NCBI GenBank assembly: GCA_964016885.1
Contig: OZ024742.1
Location: 206,398,001 to 206,462,000, forward strand
Reading direction: 5' to 3'
Source of the DNA: Eledone cirrhosa
Taxonomy: Eukaryota
DNA length: 64,000 nucleotides
Shown here piece after piece: positions 11,769 to 25,409 of this stretch. How positions within the stretch are numbered: position 1 is the stretch's first letter; every line of letters begins with the position of its first letter. A program made the translations under genes and the position numbers. Under the pieces are notes generated by a model. That model saw only the letters and a program-made list of their open reading frames with translations, searched no databases and was not told the origin of the DNA.

Positions 11769-12184
11769 TATGTATACGTATATAGTACGGATAATACGCG
11801 GATAATTTACGTCTTGATGTGGTAGCTTCGCTCCACCTAACGACATATTATCTTCACTTTTTTCCGTTCATTGCCAGGGAACGTCCTCACGAACCAAAGT
11901 ATCGCCATCCTGTTTTCCTTCGGTTACAACGTTTTTTGAAATATTTACTTTTGCGTCCAAATATTCATTTTTTTTTTGTTTCAAAAGATCCTGTTAACGA
12001 TGAAAGCAGCGATTCTTTGCTTAAACTTTAATCTGTTGCAGATCTGACTGATCAGCCAGTCTGCTAATATGCAAATCAGACCGATCAGTCACTGTATATT
12101 TTAGAAAATAGTATATATTTTCATTAGCTCTGAAAGTTGGCAGGTGAACAGTGAACTGTACTGTCTATCTAGGGTGGGTAAAAT

Positions 12185-12960
12185 TACCGAGATCCATGGA
12201 CGAGTTCTCTCCAGCAGTCTCTGTCCCTCATCATCGCTGCCATGTCCTGCGTCTCCAAGAGACTAGTGTCTGTCCTTAGGGCATCAACATATGTCAACCT
12301 CGGTCTCCCTCTTCAAATGTGTCCATGCAGGGGCTCCAACAAGAGCACTGAGTACAGTGTCAACTCTGGATATCAGTGAGCATGTCCAGTAAACCTCAGT
12401 CTCCTCTGTGCTGCTCTCGAGCTGACTTTTGGGAGGCTCCTGTACAGCTCAGAGTTCTTCATCCTCAGTGTAAACTGATTAATGTTCAGAGCCATTCTCA
12501 GCATTCTCGTGTAGCACCCATCCACCATCTGAGTGAGTTTCTTGGTCAGGGTCCAAGTCTCAGACCCGTACAACAGCACAGACTCCACTACAGCAACGAA
12601 GAGGCGGATCTTCAGGTCTTTACGCAGGCCCTACTTCCACACCAATCTCAAACTGTGGCACGCCGCCCAGACTTTTCTCTTCCTCTCGACCACATCATCT
12701 TCTGTATTCCCAATCTTTGTTCCCAGATACAGGAAGCCCTCAACCAATTCTAGCGGCTTCCGGCCTACCTTAGTAATCTTCTCTGGCTTCTTAATATTCT
12801 CTACCAGATATTTTGTCTTAATCTCATTCATTCTCAGCCTCACACTCATCGACACAGTCCCCACCTCCTGCATCAACTCCTCTGCCTCCTTCACTGTGTT
12901 TGTCACCAGAACTATGTCGTCAGCAAATTCAGCATCTGATGTCTTTTCGCCCAACTCTCC
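12185..12960 (-). mobile_element. RTE-type LINE RT 3' fragment
   Basis: FADDIVL, FLYLG, LLYGSETW and RRLRFTGH motifs in ORFs 12631-12954 and 12373-12588. Confidence 0.8.
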
Positions 12961-13023
12961 TGCTCTTAGCCAGTGTTACAGTATAGATATATATATACAT
13001 ACATATATATATATATACACACA

Positions 13024-13081
<58 letters not shown>

Positions 13082-13082
<1 letters not shown>

Positions 13083-16000
13083 CATCACCATCATCATCGT
13101 CGATTAAGGTCCACCTTCCACGCTAGCATGGGGTAGACAGGTCCTACTTTGAGGCAAGTTGTGTTGGGTGACCGTGTCTCGTCAAATAGGGGTGTTTCTG
13201 GCTGCTTTTCTACGGCTGGATGCCCTTCCTAACGCCAATCACATTTACAATGTGGGCTGGGTGCTTTTTGCCGTGTCTTCTTTTACACGTCCACTTTACA
13301 GTGTGGGCTGGGTGGAAGGGTTGGATGGTGTTTAGGGCGGGCATACTGTACATATGCTTCAGCTTGTGCTCGTGGGAAGTCAGGTCTTCTGTATTACTGC
13401 ATATCGCCAGAGATCCCGGTCATGTGTCATCTCCTCTGAGAGATGCAATTGAGCAAGTTCGGCTTTTATCACCTGACCCCAGGTCTTCCTGGATATCCCC
13501 ACTTACTTGTACTTGTACTTGTGTCGACATTCACCCACGACGGGTTAAGCCGGCTTCTTCCCTTTTCCTGACGGCATCCCAAACCATGGCAGCCCACGCA
13601 CGACGGTCCCGGGCTAGGTCGCTGGAGATAGCGAGCCAGTCACGGTTCCATCGGCGCAGGCCGACCACCTGCGGACCTGAGAGTTCGGAGAGGTCCTCCT
13701 TGATCGTCGTTGCCCAGGTCTTCAGCTGCCCGCCAACGCGCTTACGCCAGTTAGGGAGTGGAGGTGGGAGGAGAACATCGCCTTTCAGTTCACTCTCAGG
13801 GCGCCGGGCCGCGTGACCAAACCATCTCAAGCGCCGTTGCAGAAGCACTGAAAGCAGGGGTCGAAGATTCAGGCGAAGACGAAGACTGGCGGCAGGTACC
13901 CGATCAACGGGTCGGCAGCGAAGAATGCGGCGGAGACAGTCATTGTCGAAGAACTCCAGCCCTCGTTGATCGACTACCATCATAGGCCATGTTTCACAGC
14001 CATAGAGGAGGATAGTGCGAACGACGGCCTGGTAAATTCGCCCTTTGGTCGGCGAGGTGATCTCTCTTCTGTCCCACAGACACCGCTGGAGGCGCCCAAA
14101 AGCGGATCTGGCAGCACCTATGCGACGTTTGACCTCGGCTGCGCCCTGTTCCGTTGGAACCACTGTTGAGTGCAGGTAAACGAAGGACTCCACATTCTCC
14201 AGGTCCACGCCCTCGAGAGATATTGGCTGCCAGGCATCAGGCGAGATCAGTAACGTCATGACTTTCGACTTGGCGGCATTGATTCGTAGATTCCAAGGCT
14301 TCCAACGACTTTGAGCGCTCTGCACCTTTTTATGCAGCTGTCATACTTCATACGCAACACATGTCCATACCAACGCAATCTCATCTCCTGCACACAGCAT
14401 TTGATTCCTCTTATGCCTAGTTCCTCTCTCAGTTAATTTATGCTTCGCTGGTCTCACATATTACTATTACACGTGCATCGGAGCATGTTAGTTTCATTTC
14501 TTTCCAATCTATGCAGTCTTCTACACACAGCGTCTAAGTGTCACTACCATGTAACATAGCTGTACGTACGCACGCATCATATAGTCTGCCTTTCATTCTG
14601 AGGGAGAATCCTTTTGTAGCTAGCAGTGGTAGTAGATCCCTGAACTTCCTCCATCCCGCTCTTACTCTGGCTACGGTACTTTCAGAACACCCACCACCGC
14701 AGTTAATTCGGTCACCTAAGTAGCAGAAGCTATCTACTGTTTCTACAGAGCCCTCTGAGAATTTGGTAGCATTTGTTTCCTGCGGTTGTTTGCTGCTTAC
14801 TGTTCCAGTGCAACAGCTGCACGTAAATACTATATTCTTAGCTAAACTTCCTGAGACCCCACTACATCTCTTGTGCATCCACATTTTGTATATGGGGCAG
14901 AGGATGGAATTCCTACCAACGCCTTTCCTACAAGGTCATTTCCCTGAGGGTATCTGGATTCTGTTTTCTCGTCTACTTACTAGGACCTTAGACTTTGTCA
15001 GATTGACTTTAAGACCCTTTCTTTCTAGAACCTGCTTCCATGTTTGGAATTTCTTTTCTGGTTGCACCATGGATTCAACTATGAGCGTAAGATCATCCGC
15101 GTACAGAAGTTCCCATGGGCATCCGGTTTTAAACTCCTCTGTTATAGCCAGCAAAACGATAATAAACAGGAGCCAGCTAAGGACAGAGCCCTGGTGGACA
15201 CCAACTTGTACGCTAAATTCCTCGCTATAGTCATTGTTAATCCTGACTGCTCCTCTATACATGGCTTGTACAGCATTCACAAGCCATTCATCTACTCCTA
15301 GTTTTCTAAGAGCCCACCAAATTATGTTACGCAGCACTCTGCCGAAAGCTTTCTCCAGATCAACAAATGATACGTAGAGAGGCTTACTTTTAGCTAGGTA
15401 CTTTTTCTGTAAATGTCTCACAAGGAAGAGGGCATCAGTGGTGCTTTTGCCTGGCACAAATCCAAACTGCATCTCATCTAGATTTACCCTGTCCTTAATC
15501 AACTGTGCTATGACTCTTTCTGTTACTTTCATGACCTTGTCCATTAGTTTGATACCTCTATAATTACCTCTATCTAGCACATGCCCTTTACCCTTATAAC
15601 AATTGACAATGATGTTGCTGCACCACTCATATGGTATGACGTCATCCAATATTACTTCGTTTACAATACGCGAGGTTATGGCGTGTCCCACTGACCCAGA
15701 TGCTTTCAGCATCTCAACAACTATTCCTGATGGACCGGCTGCTTTCCCAGTTTTCATATCCTTAATTGCCTTTCTAACTACACTGCTACTGACTTGTACT
15801 GCTGGATTGAGTCTGCTTGGGGTAGGGTCTCTTTCTCCCATGCGTTCTCCTCATTCAGTAACTTTCATAATGGCTCTTCCACGCTTCTTTCTTCTCAGCA
15901 TCTTTGAGGGCAAGTGCACCTTTATCATCCCGGACACACTTCTCACCGATGACATCGCAATTTTCACTAACACACATCCTGTTTCTGGTCCTCACGCTGC

Positions 16001-17300
16001 AAAACATGCTTTAATTTTCTATCCTCCGCTTCCCTTCTAGCAAAGTATACTTGTCGCCTAGCTTCCCTCCTGGTCTCTATGTAATGTATCCTGCCCCCCC
16101 CCCCCATTCTTCCTTTGTTTCCATGCTTGTCTCTTGGCTTTAATTGTTTCGTCTACCTTATTGTTCCACCACCAAGTTACTCCACTTCTCCCTGTAGTCT
16201 TGCCCCAAACACAGATCTCGTCTGCCGCTTTTAGTGGGTTATTTTTTAGGAATTCCCTGCGTTCTTCTACATTAATGGCTCTATCTGTTCTTCTCTACTG
16301 TCATAGGCATCAAGTAAAATTTCTTTGAATTTGTTACTGGCTGAGGGATATTTTAGCTTCCAGAGCTTTCTTCTCCAGATAGCCTTTTGTTTCAACGTTC
16401 GTCTATCTCTGACAGTGAGGTCGCTGACCTCTAGGCTGTGTTGGGAAGTACATTCCTCGCACGGGAAAACTTTCGTGTTAACAACCATCCATCTACGCCT
16501 CTGGTAAAGATAAAATCTCTCTGGCTAGTATGCTCCCCGGATCTATAGGTGATCAGTTGGCTGTTGGGGTTTTTGAAGTTAGTGTTACATATCGACTGGT
16601 CATTGGCGTCGCAGAATTCTAGAAGGTTGTAACTTTTTTCATTTCTTACGCCAAACCCATAACTTCTATGGACTCTAAAGAAGCCATCACTATGTTTCCC
16701 AACGTGTCCGCTGCAACGAGTAGGAAGTTATTGTCATTTGTTAGAGTGGTTGTGTGCATTAGGGACTCGTAAAACCTATCCTTAAGTTCGTCTGGAAACC
16801 CAGACTGGGGTGCGTAAGTGGATATAATTGTAGCTATTGTTTTATTTAGGACTAGTCTGAGTTTAATGATTTTCGCGTTTACCCTGTTCACTGAGATTAC
16901 CTTATGTATCCATTTGTCAGCTAGTACTATACCCACACCAACTAACCCATTGTCATTTCCCACCCATAAAAATTTGTAACACTGTTTTTTACCAGCGAGG
17001 AGCCTAGCAGACTCTCCTCTCCATCTAGTCTCTTGCACACGACATACGTCGATTTCCTTTCGTTCCAACATCTCTATAACTTCTCCCGTTCTTCCTTTCA
17101 TTATGCTCATGTTGATGGTGTCTATTCGGAATTTTTGGAGTTTGACGTCAATAGGGAAGGGTGGGTCTTCTGTATCTGCATTGAGGATTCGCATGGTCGA
17201 TTGGAAACAAATGAATTCATATTCATTCCAAGTAGTTCATCATCTCCAGCTCATCCATAGACAACAATAGACAGAGAATCGAGAGGAGAAATGTTTTTAA
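13082..17300 (-). mobile_element. RTE LINE (APE endonuclease + RT + PHD-like finger), degraded copy 1
   Basis: APE motifs VQETRW and YAPQ; RT motifs KAAGPSG, YRGIKL, QFGF, DLEKAF, HQGSVLS and YADDL; (ATG)n tail at 13082-13100. Interrupted by a different RTE at ~13502-14290. Confidence 0.9.
13502..14290 (-). mobile_element. 5'-truncated GC-rich RTE-type LINE nested in RTE copy 1
   Basis: Open frame with LLYGCETW, RRLRWFGH and RVGGQLKTW; (CAAGTA)n tail. Host RTE sequence resumes on both sides when compared with copy 2. Confidence 0.85.
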
Positions 17301-17879
17301 AAGATAACTCGTAGTAGCATTTGTTGCCTCGGGTGATGGATGAAGGTATGTTGTGGTTTGATTGCTCAATAAATCTATGGTGGTGTGTGGGGGAGGGAGA
17401 AGGGAAAATGTGAGTCTAGATGGGGCGGCAAATAAAATTTTGATGAATCTATATAGCTGGCGAAGAAAAATTTGATGAATTTATACAGACATTATATGCG
17501 GAATACGTTAAAACCAGCTTTCTCACTTCGTAATTTGTAGAATGAATGCAAGAATAATAATAAACAGGGAGATATAATGTGAGAGATATGTAGAGAGATG
17601 GAGAAGGAGTGAGATAGCCTCATGTTCGAGGTAAGTAGGAAAAATAAACAGGGAGATATAATGTATATGAGATATGTAAAGAGAGAGTCAGAGAAATGTC
17701 TCGAACGTTCTAGATGGCAAGAGAGGTTGATGAATTTGTACAGATAAGAAATATTTTGATGAAATTATACGAACATTTTAGGCGAAAGGATATGCAATGG
17801 ATATATAGAATGATGTAGAGGGAAAGTAGAAAAATCTCTCGAAGTCTATATAGATGACGAAGAATAAATTGATGAATTT

Positions 17880-17958
17880 ATATATATATACATACATATA
17901 TATATGCATACATATATATATACATATATATATATATATGTGTGTGTGTATATATATA

Positions 17959-17990
<32 letters not shown>

Positions 17991-18001
17991 CATATACACA
18001 C

Positions 18002-18090
<89 letters not shown>
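17880..18090. repeat. Compound (TA)/(CA)/(TG) microsatellite
   Basis: Seen directly. Confidence 0.95.
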
Positions 18091-18091
<1 letters not shown>

Positions 18092-18173
18092 GTGTGTAAA
18101 AGGTAAACAACAGAATCGGTACGGAATATGGAATGGATATATAAGGTTAATGCTTGATATAGCAGGAAGAGGG

Positions 18174-18209
18174 TCTTAACGTTTCGGACGCTAGTCTTTC
18201 ATCAGAAGA
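18174..18209 (-). ncRNA. Minimal type I hammerhead ribozyme in an ORF-less insert
   Basis: tctt-CTGATGA-a-agac(tagc)gtcc-GAAA-cg-tt-aaga: palindromic loopless stem III, GUU triplet, one stem II mismatch. Confidence 0.65.
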
Positions 18210-18252
18210 AAGAATGTGAAATAAGATAGATTGAGGGGGCGCGTCCCCCCCC

Positions 18253-18283
<31 letters not shown>

Positions 18284-18360
18284 CGTGCAAAAGGTTCAGT
18301 AAGTCCGGAGAAAACTGTTGAAAGTACTAATGTCAGCACTCGATGCAGTGCAGAGTGTAT

Positions 18361-18520
18361 ATAATTGTTTCTACTTTTGGCACAAGGCCAGCAATTATCC
18401 CAGTGTATTACAGGTGCTTTATTTTATCGACCCCGTAAGGATGAAAGGCAAAGTTAACCTCGGCGGGATTTGAACCCAGACCATAAAGCATGGCGTCAGA
18501 TCCTCTACCGATACTGACAG
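18361..18520 (-). mobile_element. SINE family A
   Basis: Similar to 284-471. Confidence 0.85.
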
Positions 18521-18765
18521 CGAACAAAGTGGACACCAGATCACGAGCCGGCTGCCTGGGAAACATTTGTAAGTGGGTTAAGCAATAGAAATCTCATATG
18601 TAACACCTCTACTTTGTTCTTATTATATATATGCAGAAGTTATATTTAATTTGTTGGGATTCCAACAAGCTTAAAAGTTTATAACTATTATAAAGCACTC
18701 AACAGTGAACTGGAGTAAATATTCAATATATTAATAAATGGAAAATATATTTATAAAACCATAAT

Positions 18766-18830
18766 TATTTTATTATATATATTTCAAGGATAACCAAGGC
18801 ATTCTTGGTGCGCTTTCATCAGATAAAATA
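18766..18830 (-). ncRNA. Hammerhead ribozyme in inverted pLTR
   Basis: Reverse complement of 21826-21890 with one stem II substitution. Confidence 0.75.
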
Positions 18831-20520
18831 CAAGATTTGTTTTATAAATATTGACATAACCGTGGAAAAACAACCTTGATGGTTGAAAGTTCACTGGATA
18901 GTGGAAACATTTTTTATTGATGTTAATTCAAAGTTCTGTGTGATTATAGAAATGAATGTCTTAAAGATTGAAAAAAGATTGTAAAAAACAACCGTTTATT
19001 TAAATTATACTGTTGGAAGAAGAGAGAGAAAAAGAGAGAGAAAGAAGAGAGAAAAAGAAAGAAAGAAACGAATATTATTATATGTAGAGTTATAGTGGAG
19101 AAATAAAGTGAAGAAAAAGGGAGCGAAGAAATAAGCTTATCAGAGGATGAGTTTGTATATCGTAAATACGTCCTATGTTCATGTTAGATATTTATGTTAC
19201 GTATATTTACTAATAATTGTTAAATTTTACTATAATAAGTATATAGAAAGTTATATATATATAGGAAAATAAAGATATATTAAAGATAAAAGATATATTA
19301 AAACATATTAAGATATATTAAAATATATCTACATATATTAAAATATATTACAAATGGAGCATAGATATAAGGATAGATGTATGAAAGTATGATGGGTATA
19401 TCATGTTATAGATGTTAAATTATTTAAATTAAATTAAATTAACTGAGTCTATAAGATTACTTATATGTTTAATGTTTTACATTGGAAAAATATTGAAAAT
19501 CCGAGTTTTGTTTATTTTGTTAATTATTCTGAGATAAGTTTGACAATGATATGTTTAAAATTATATTTCACCATAGTTTGTTACTGGTTGTAACTGGGCT
19601 ACACTATTCATTCCATAAAATTAATGAGAATTTAAATTATGTTAACTTTAACTCTAATCCTCCTAGATCCGTTAAGAACAGTATCGTAAATTCTTTACAG
19701 CAACGTATTTCTAGAATTACAGCGAATACAAATATATTTGAAGATAAGGTACAATATTATAACGAAGCTTTAAGTAGAGCAGGTTTTAATAATGAAATTA
19801 AATACACCGACAATAATGATAAGGTAATTAACCATGATATTAAAAATAATATTAATTACAATTATAATTATAATAAGAAACCTAGCATAAACTCTAAAAC
19901 TAAACGAGGAAATAGAACTAGAAACATAATATGGTATGCTCCTCCATTTTCACTAAGTATCAAAACACCTGTAGCTAAAATATTTTTTAAAGTTCTTGCT
20001 AAATATTTCCCCAAGATACATAGATATTATTCAATCTTTAACAGACATACAATTAAACTATCTTACTCTACTACTATGAATTTAGCTCAGAATATAAATA
20101 AAATCAATAATATAAATCTAAACCTTAACCAGAATAGTACTAATACCTCTAGAAATATCCAATATAATAATACTGTTCTGAATAATATAAACTCTGATAA
20201 ATGTAATTGTAGAATTAAATCTAACTGTCCTTTAAAAAATAACTGTCTAGTTAAAAATGTGGTCTATAATTGCAATGTCAAAACTAATGATAATACTTTT
20301 TAACTATGTAGGCTCAATTTCTACAGACTTTAAATCCCGTTTCAATAACCACAAATGCTCGATTAATAATATCGGTAAAAAATCTTCAACTTCTCTATCC
20401 AATTTGATATGGAACCTAAAATCCCAAAATATAGACTACTCTCTATCTTGGAATATAATATCAGGGCACCTGCTTACAATAACACAGCGTTATACAAATT
20501 TTGCACTTTATGTGTTGAAG

Positions 20521-20602
20521 AAATTTTAGTGACCCCCAAAAAATAGTTTTTTGGAAATAAATTTATTTCCAAAAAAATATTTTTTGGGGGTCACTAAAAT
20601 TT
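20521..20602. repeat. 82 bp spacer-less palindrome (1 mismatch)
   Basis: 41 bp arms centred between 20561 and 20562. Confidence 0.95.
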
Positions 20603-21825
20603 TTTTAATATTTTTTAAATATTTTTTATAATATTTTAAACATTTCTAAATATTTTAAAATATTTTAAGTATTTTCAAATATTTCTTATTATTTCTTTAT
20701 ATTTTTGAATAATTTTAGGTTTTAATTATAATTCCTGAATAATTTTATGGTTTAATTTTTAAACGTTTTTAAAAGTTTTTAAAAGGTTTTCGAGTATCTT
20801 CGGAGTGTTTTTTTGAGATTTAAAAAAAAAATCACTTGAAAGTCTTCTTATAGTCTTAATTTTTATAGTCTGAATTTTTAAATGGTTTTACTATTTTCTT
20901 ATAGTTTGAATTAATTATCTAATTTTTTGTAAATTTCTAATTTTTATCTAATTTTTTGTAATTTTTTGTAATTTTTTGTAATTTTTTAGTAACTTTTTCT
21001 AATTTTTGTAATTATTTAATATTACAGTTACAACCAGTAACAAACTATGGCGAAATATTTCTTTAAACATATCATTGTCAAACTTATCTCAGAATAATTA
21101 ATAAATAAACAAAACTTGGATTTTCAATATTTTTCCAATGTAAAACATTAAACATATAAGTAATCTTATAGACTCAGTTAATTTAATTTAATTTAAATAA
21201 TTTAACATCTATAACATGATATACCCATCATACTTTCATATATCTATCCTTATATCTATGCTCCATTTGTAATATATTTTAATATATGTAGATATATTTT
21301 AATATGTTTTAATACATCTTAATATGTTTTAATATATCTTTTATCTTTTATCTTTAATATATCTTTAATATATCTTTATTTTCCTATATATATATATATA
21401 ACTTTCTATATACTTATTATAGTAAAATTAAACAATTATTAGTAAATATACGTAACATAAATATCTAACATGAACATAGGACGTATTTACGATATACAAA
21501 CTTATCCTCAGATAAGCTTATTTCTTCGGTCCCTTTTCTTCCCTTTATTTCTCCACTATAACTCTACATATAATATATAATAATATTCTTTTCTCTCTTT
21601 CTTTTTTTCTCTCTTCTTTCTCTCTCTTTTTTCTCTCTCTTCTTCCAACAGTATAATTTAAATAAACGGTTGTTTTTTACAATCTTTTTTTCAATCTTTA
21701 GGACATTCATTTCCATAATCACACAGAACTTTGAATTAACCTCAATAAAAAATGTTTCCACTATCCAGTGAACCATCAAGGTTGTTTTTCCACGGTTATG
21801 TCAATATTTATAAAAACAAATCTTG

Positions 21826-21890
21826 TATTTTATCTGATGAAAGCGCACCAAGAATGCCTTGGTTGTCCTTGAAATATATATAATAAAATA
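21826..21890 (+). ncRNA. Type I hammerhead ribozyme in pLTR
   Basis: tattttat-CTGATGA-aagcgcaccaag(aatgc)cttggttgtcctt-GAAA-tatata-ta-ataaaata: 8 bp perfect stem I, long stem II, AUA triplet. Confidence 0.8.
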
Positions 21891-21928
21891 ATTATGGTTT
21901 TATAAATATAGTTTCCATTTATTAATAT

Positions 21929-21979
<51 letters not shown>

Positions 21980-21983
<4 letters not shown>

Positions 21984-24877
21984 TCATCATCATCATCACC
22001 GTTTTACGTCCGTACTTCCCCGCTGGCTGATTTTTTTCCGTGGGGCCTACACGTCCACTCTATAGTGTGGGCTGGGTGCTTTTTTGCCGTGGTACCTACA
22101 TTACCACTTTGACACTGGAGTGGTGGGGACATATTGTCTTTATGTTTCAGCTTCGGCTTGTACCCGTAGGGGGTCGGATCTTTTGTATTACTTCGTGACG
22201 CCAGAGGTCACGGTCCTGTGTCATCGCCTTTGAGAGGTGTAAGGTCGGCTTTTATCACCTCATCCCAGGGCTTCTTGGGTCTCCCCACTCCGCGGTTTCC
22301 ATCGACTTCTAGTGCTCTGCACCTTTTTATGCAGCTGTCATCCTTCATACGCATCACATGTCCATACCAACGCAACCGCCTCTCCTGCACACAGCGTTTG
22401 ATTCCTCTCATGCTCAGTCTCTCTCTCAATTCATTTATACTTTGCCGTTCGCGTATATTACTATTACACATCCATCGGAGCATGCAGGCTTCGTTTCTTT
22501 CTAATCTACGCAAGTCTTCCACAGACAGCGCCCAGGTCTCACTACCATGTAACATTGCTGTTCGTATACACGCTTCATACAGTCTGCCTTTCATTTTGAG
22601 GGAAAAGCCTTTTGCAGCTAGCAGTGGCAGTAGCTCCCTGAAATTCTTCCATCCCGTTCTTACCCTAGTTATTGTACTTTCCGAACACCCACCTCCGCTG
22701 CTAATTCGGTCACCTAGGTAGCAGAAGCTGTCTACTGTTTCTACAGAGCCCTCCCAGAGTTTGGTGGTACTTGTTTCCTGTGGCTGTTTGCTGCTTGTTG
22801 TCCAGCACAGCTGCTACATGTGAAGCCTACATTCTTAGTTAAGCTTCCTGAGATCCCGCTATATCTCTTGTGTACCCATTGTTTACATTTGGGGCAGAGA
22901 ATGGAGTTGCTACCTACACCTTTCCTACATACTGAGCAAGGCCATTTCCCTGAGGGGATCTGGGTTCTGTTATCTCGTCTACTTACAAGGACCTTAGTCT
23001 TTGTCATGTTGACTTTGAGACCCTTTCTTTCTAGTCCCTGCTTCCAAGTTTGGAATTTCTTCTATAATTCTACCATAGATTCAGCTATAAGTGTGAGGTC
23101 ATCTGCATACAGGAGTTCCCATGGGCATCCGGTCTTAAACTCCTCCGTTATTGCCTGCAGGACTATGATGAACAGGAGAGGGCTAAGAACAGAGCCCTTG
23201 TGGAAACCAACCTGTACATTAAATTCCTCGCTATACTCATTGCTAATCCTAACTTTGCTGACTGCTCCTCTATACATGGCTTGTACAGCTTTCACAAGCC
23301 ATTCATCTACTCCTAATTTTCTAAGAGCCCACCAGATTATAGCACGGGGAACTCTGTCAAAGGCTTTCTCGAGATCGACGAAAGCCAGGTAGAGTGGTTT
23401 ACTTTTAGCTAGGAACTTTTCCTGTAACTTCTTCACAAGGAAGTGGGAATCAGTGGTGCCTCTTCCTGGCACAAACCCGAATTGCATCTCATCTAGTTTT
23501 ACCCGGTCCCTAATCAACTGTGCTATAACTATTTCTGTTACTTTCATGACCTGGTCCATGAGCTTTATACCTCTATAGTTTCCTCTATCTAGTGCATCAC
23601 CTTTACCTTTGTAGCAGTTGACAATGATGCTACTGCACCAATCCTTTGGTATGACACCTTCTAGTATTACCTGGTTAACAATACGTGTGGTTATAGTGTG
23701 ACCTACCGACCCAGATGCCTTCAGCATATCGGCAGCTATACCCGATGGACCGGTTGCTTTCCCGTCTTCATATCTTTGATTGCCTTACTCACTACGCTGC
23801 TGCTGACTTGTACTGCTGGCCCCCCTATAGGGTCTACTTGGAGTAGGGTCTCTTCCCATGCATTCTCCTCATTTAGTAATCTATCATAATGGCTCTTCCA
23901 CGCATCTTTCTTCTCAGCACTTGTGAGGGGAAGCTCACCTTTATCATTCCGGATACACTTCTCTCCAATGACATCACAATTCTCTCTAACACACTGCCTT
24001 GGAATCTTGAACACCTCTTGTTTCTGGTCCTCACGTTGCAAAACATGCTTGAATTTTCTATCCTCTGCTTCCCTCCTAGCTAAGTATACTTGTCGTCTAG
24101 CTTCCCCCGTTCTTCCATTCTTTCCATGCCTGTCTCTTGGCCTTAACTGCCTCATCTACCTTATTGTTCCACCAAAAAGTCACTCTCCTCCTGCTTGTGG
24201 TCTTACTCCAGCCACAGATCTCATCCGTCGCCTCTAGTAAGTTATTTTTTAGGAACTTCCAGTGCTCTTCTACATTGAATGTCTTTATCTGTTCTTCTTT
24301 ACTGTCGTAGGCATTGATTAAAATATCTTTAAATCTGTTACTGGCTGAGGGGTCTTTCAGCTTCCAGATCTTTCTTCTCCAGGTTGGCTTCTGCTTCCAG
24401 GTTCGTCTAGTTCTGACCGTGAGGTCGCTGACAACTAAGCTATGTTGTGAGGTACATTCCTCACCGAGGAAGGCTTTTGTGTTTACGACCGTCCATCTGT
24501 CACGTCCTCTGATGAGGATAAAATCTATCTGACTAGAATTCTCCCCTGATCTATAGGTGATCAGGTGGTTGTCGGGTTTTTGAAGTTTGTATTACTTATC
24601 GACATGTCATTGGCGTCGCAGAATTCTAGAAGCCTGAATCCTTCTTCATTTCTTGTGCCAACCCCATGGCCTCCATGGACTGTATAGAAGCCGTCACGGT
24701 GTTTACCTACGTGTTCGTTAAAATCTCCTGCAATGATTAGGAAGTCATTGTCGTTTGTTAGAGCAGTAGTGTGCATTAGGGACTCGTAAACCCTATCCTT
24801 AAGTTCGTCTGGCAACCCCGATTGGGGTGCGTAAGCTGATATTATTGTGGTAATTGTTTTATTCAGGACTAGTCTGA
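21980..24877 (-). mobile_element. RTE LINE (APE part + RT + PHD-like finger), degraded copy 2
   Basis: Frames 24561-24917, 23736-24155, 23062-23727, 22741-23007 and 22208-22594; (ATG)n tail. The 5' side is cut by (TA)n. Confidence 0.9.
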
Positions 24878-25400
<523 letters not shown>

Positions 25401-25409
25401 CTCTATATG

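Larger units (their letters stand above)
18724..21932 (+). mobile_element. 5'-truncated Hydra-like PLE flanked by ~0.9 kb inverted repeats
   Basis: 18724-19596 is the reverse complement of 21025-21932. Internal frames 19551-20303 and 20257-20529 resemble the element at 649-2530 (RNIIWYAPPFS, FNRHTIKLSYS, CNCR...CPL...CL, YVG, CTLC). Confidence 0.88.

Noticed and set aside
12048-12094. Imperfect hairpin containing an octamer motif (atgcaaat)
   Set aside because: Short, with no snRNA or promoter context; probably repeat-derived.
21475-21520. Antisense CTGAGGA...GTAAA...GTC motif in the Hydra-like pLTR
   Set aside because: The core is interrupted and stem I does not pair.
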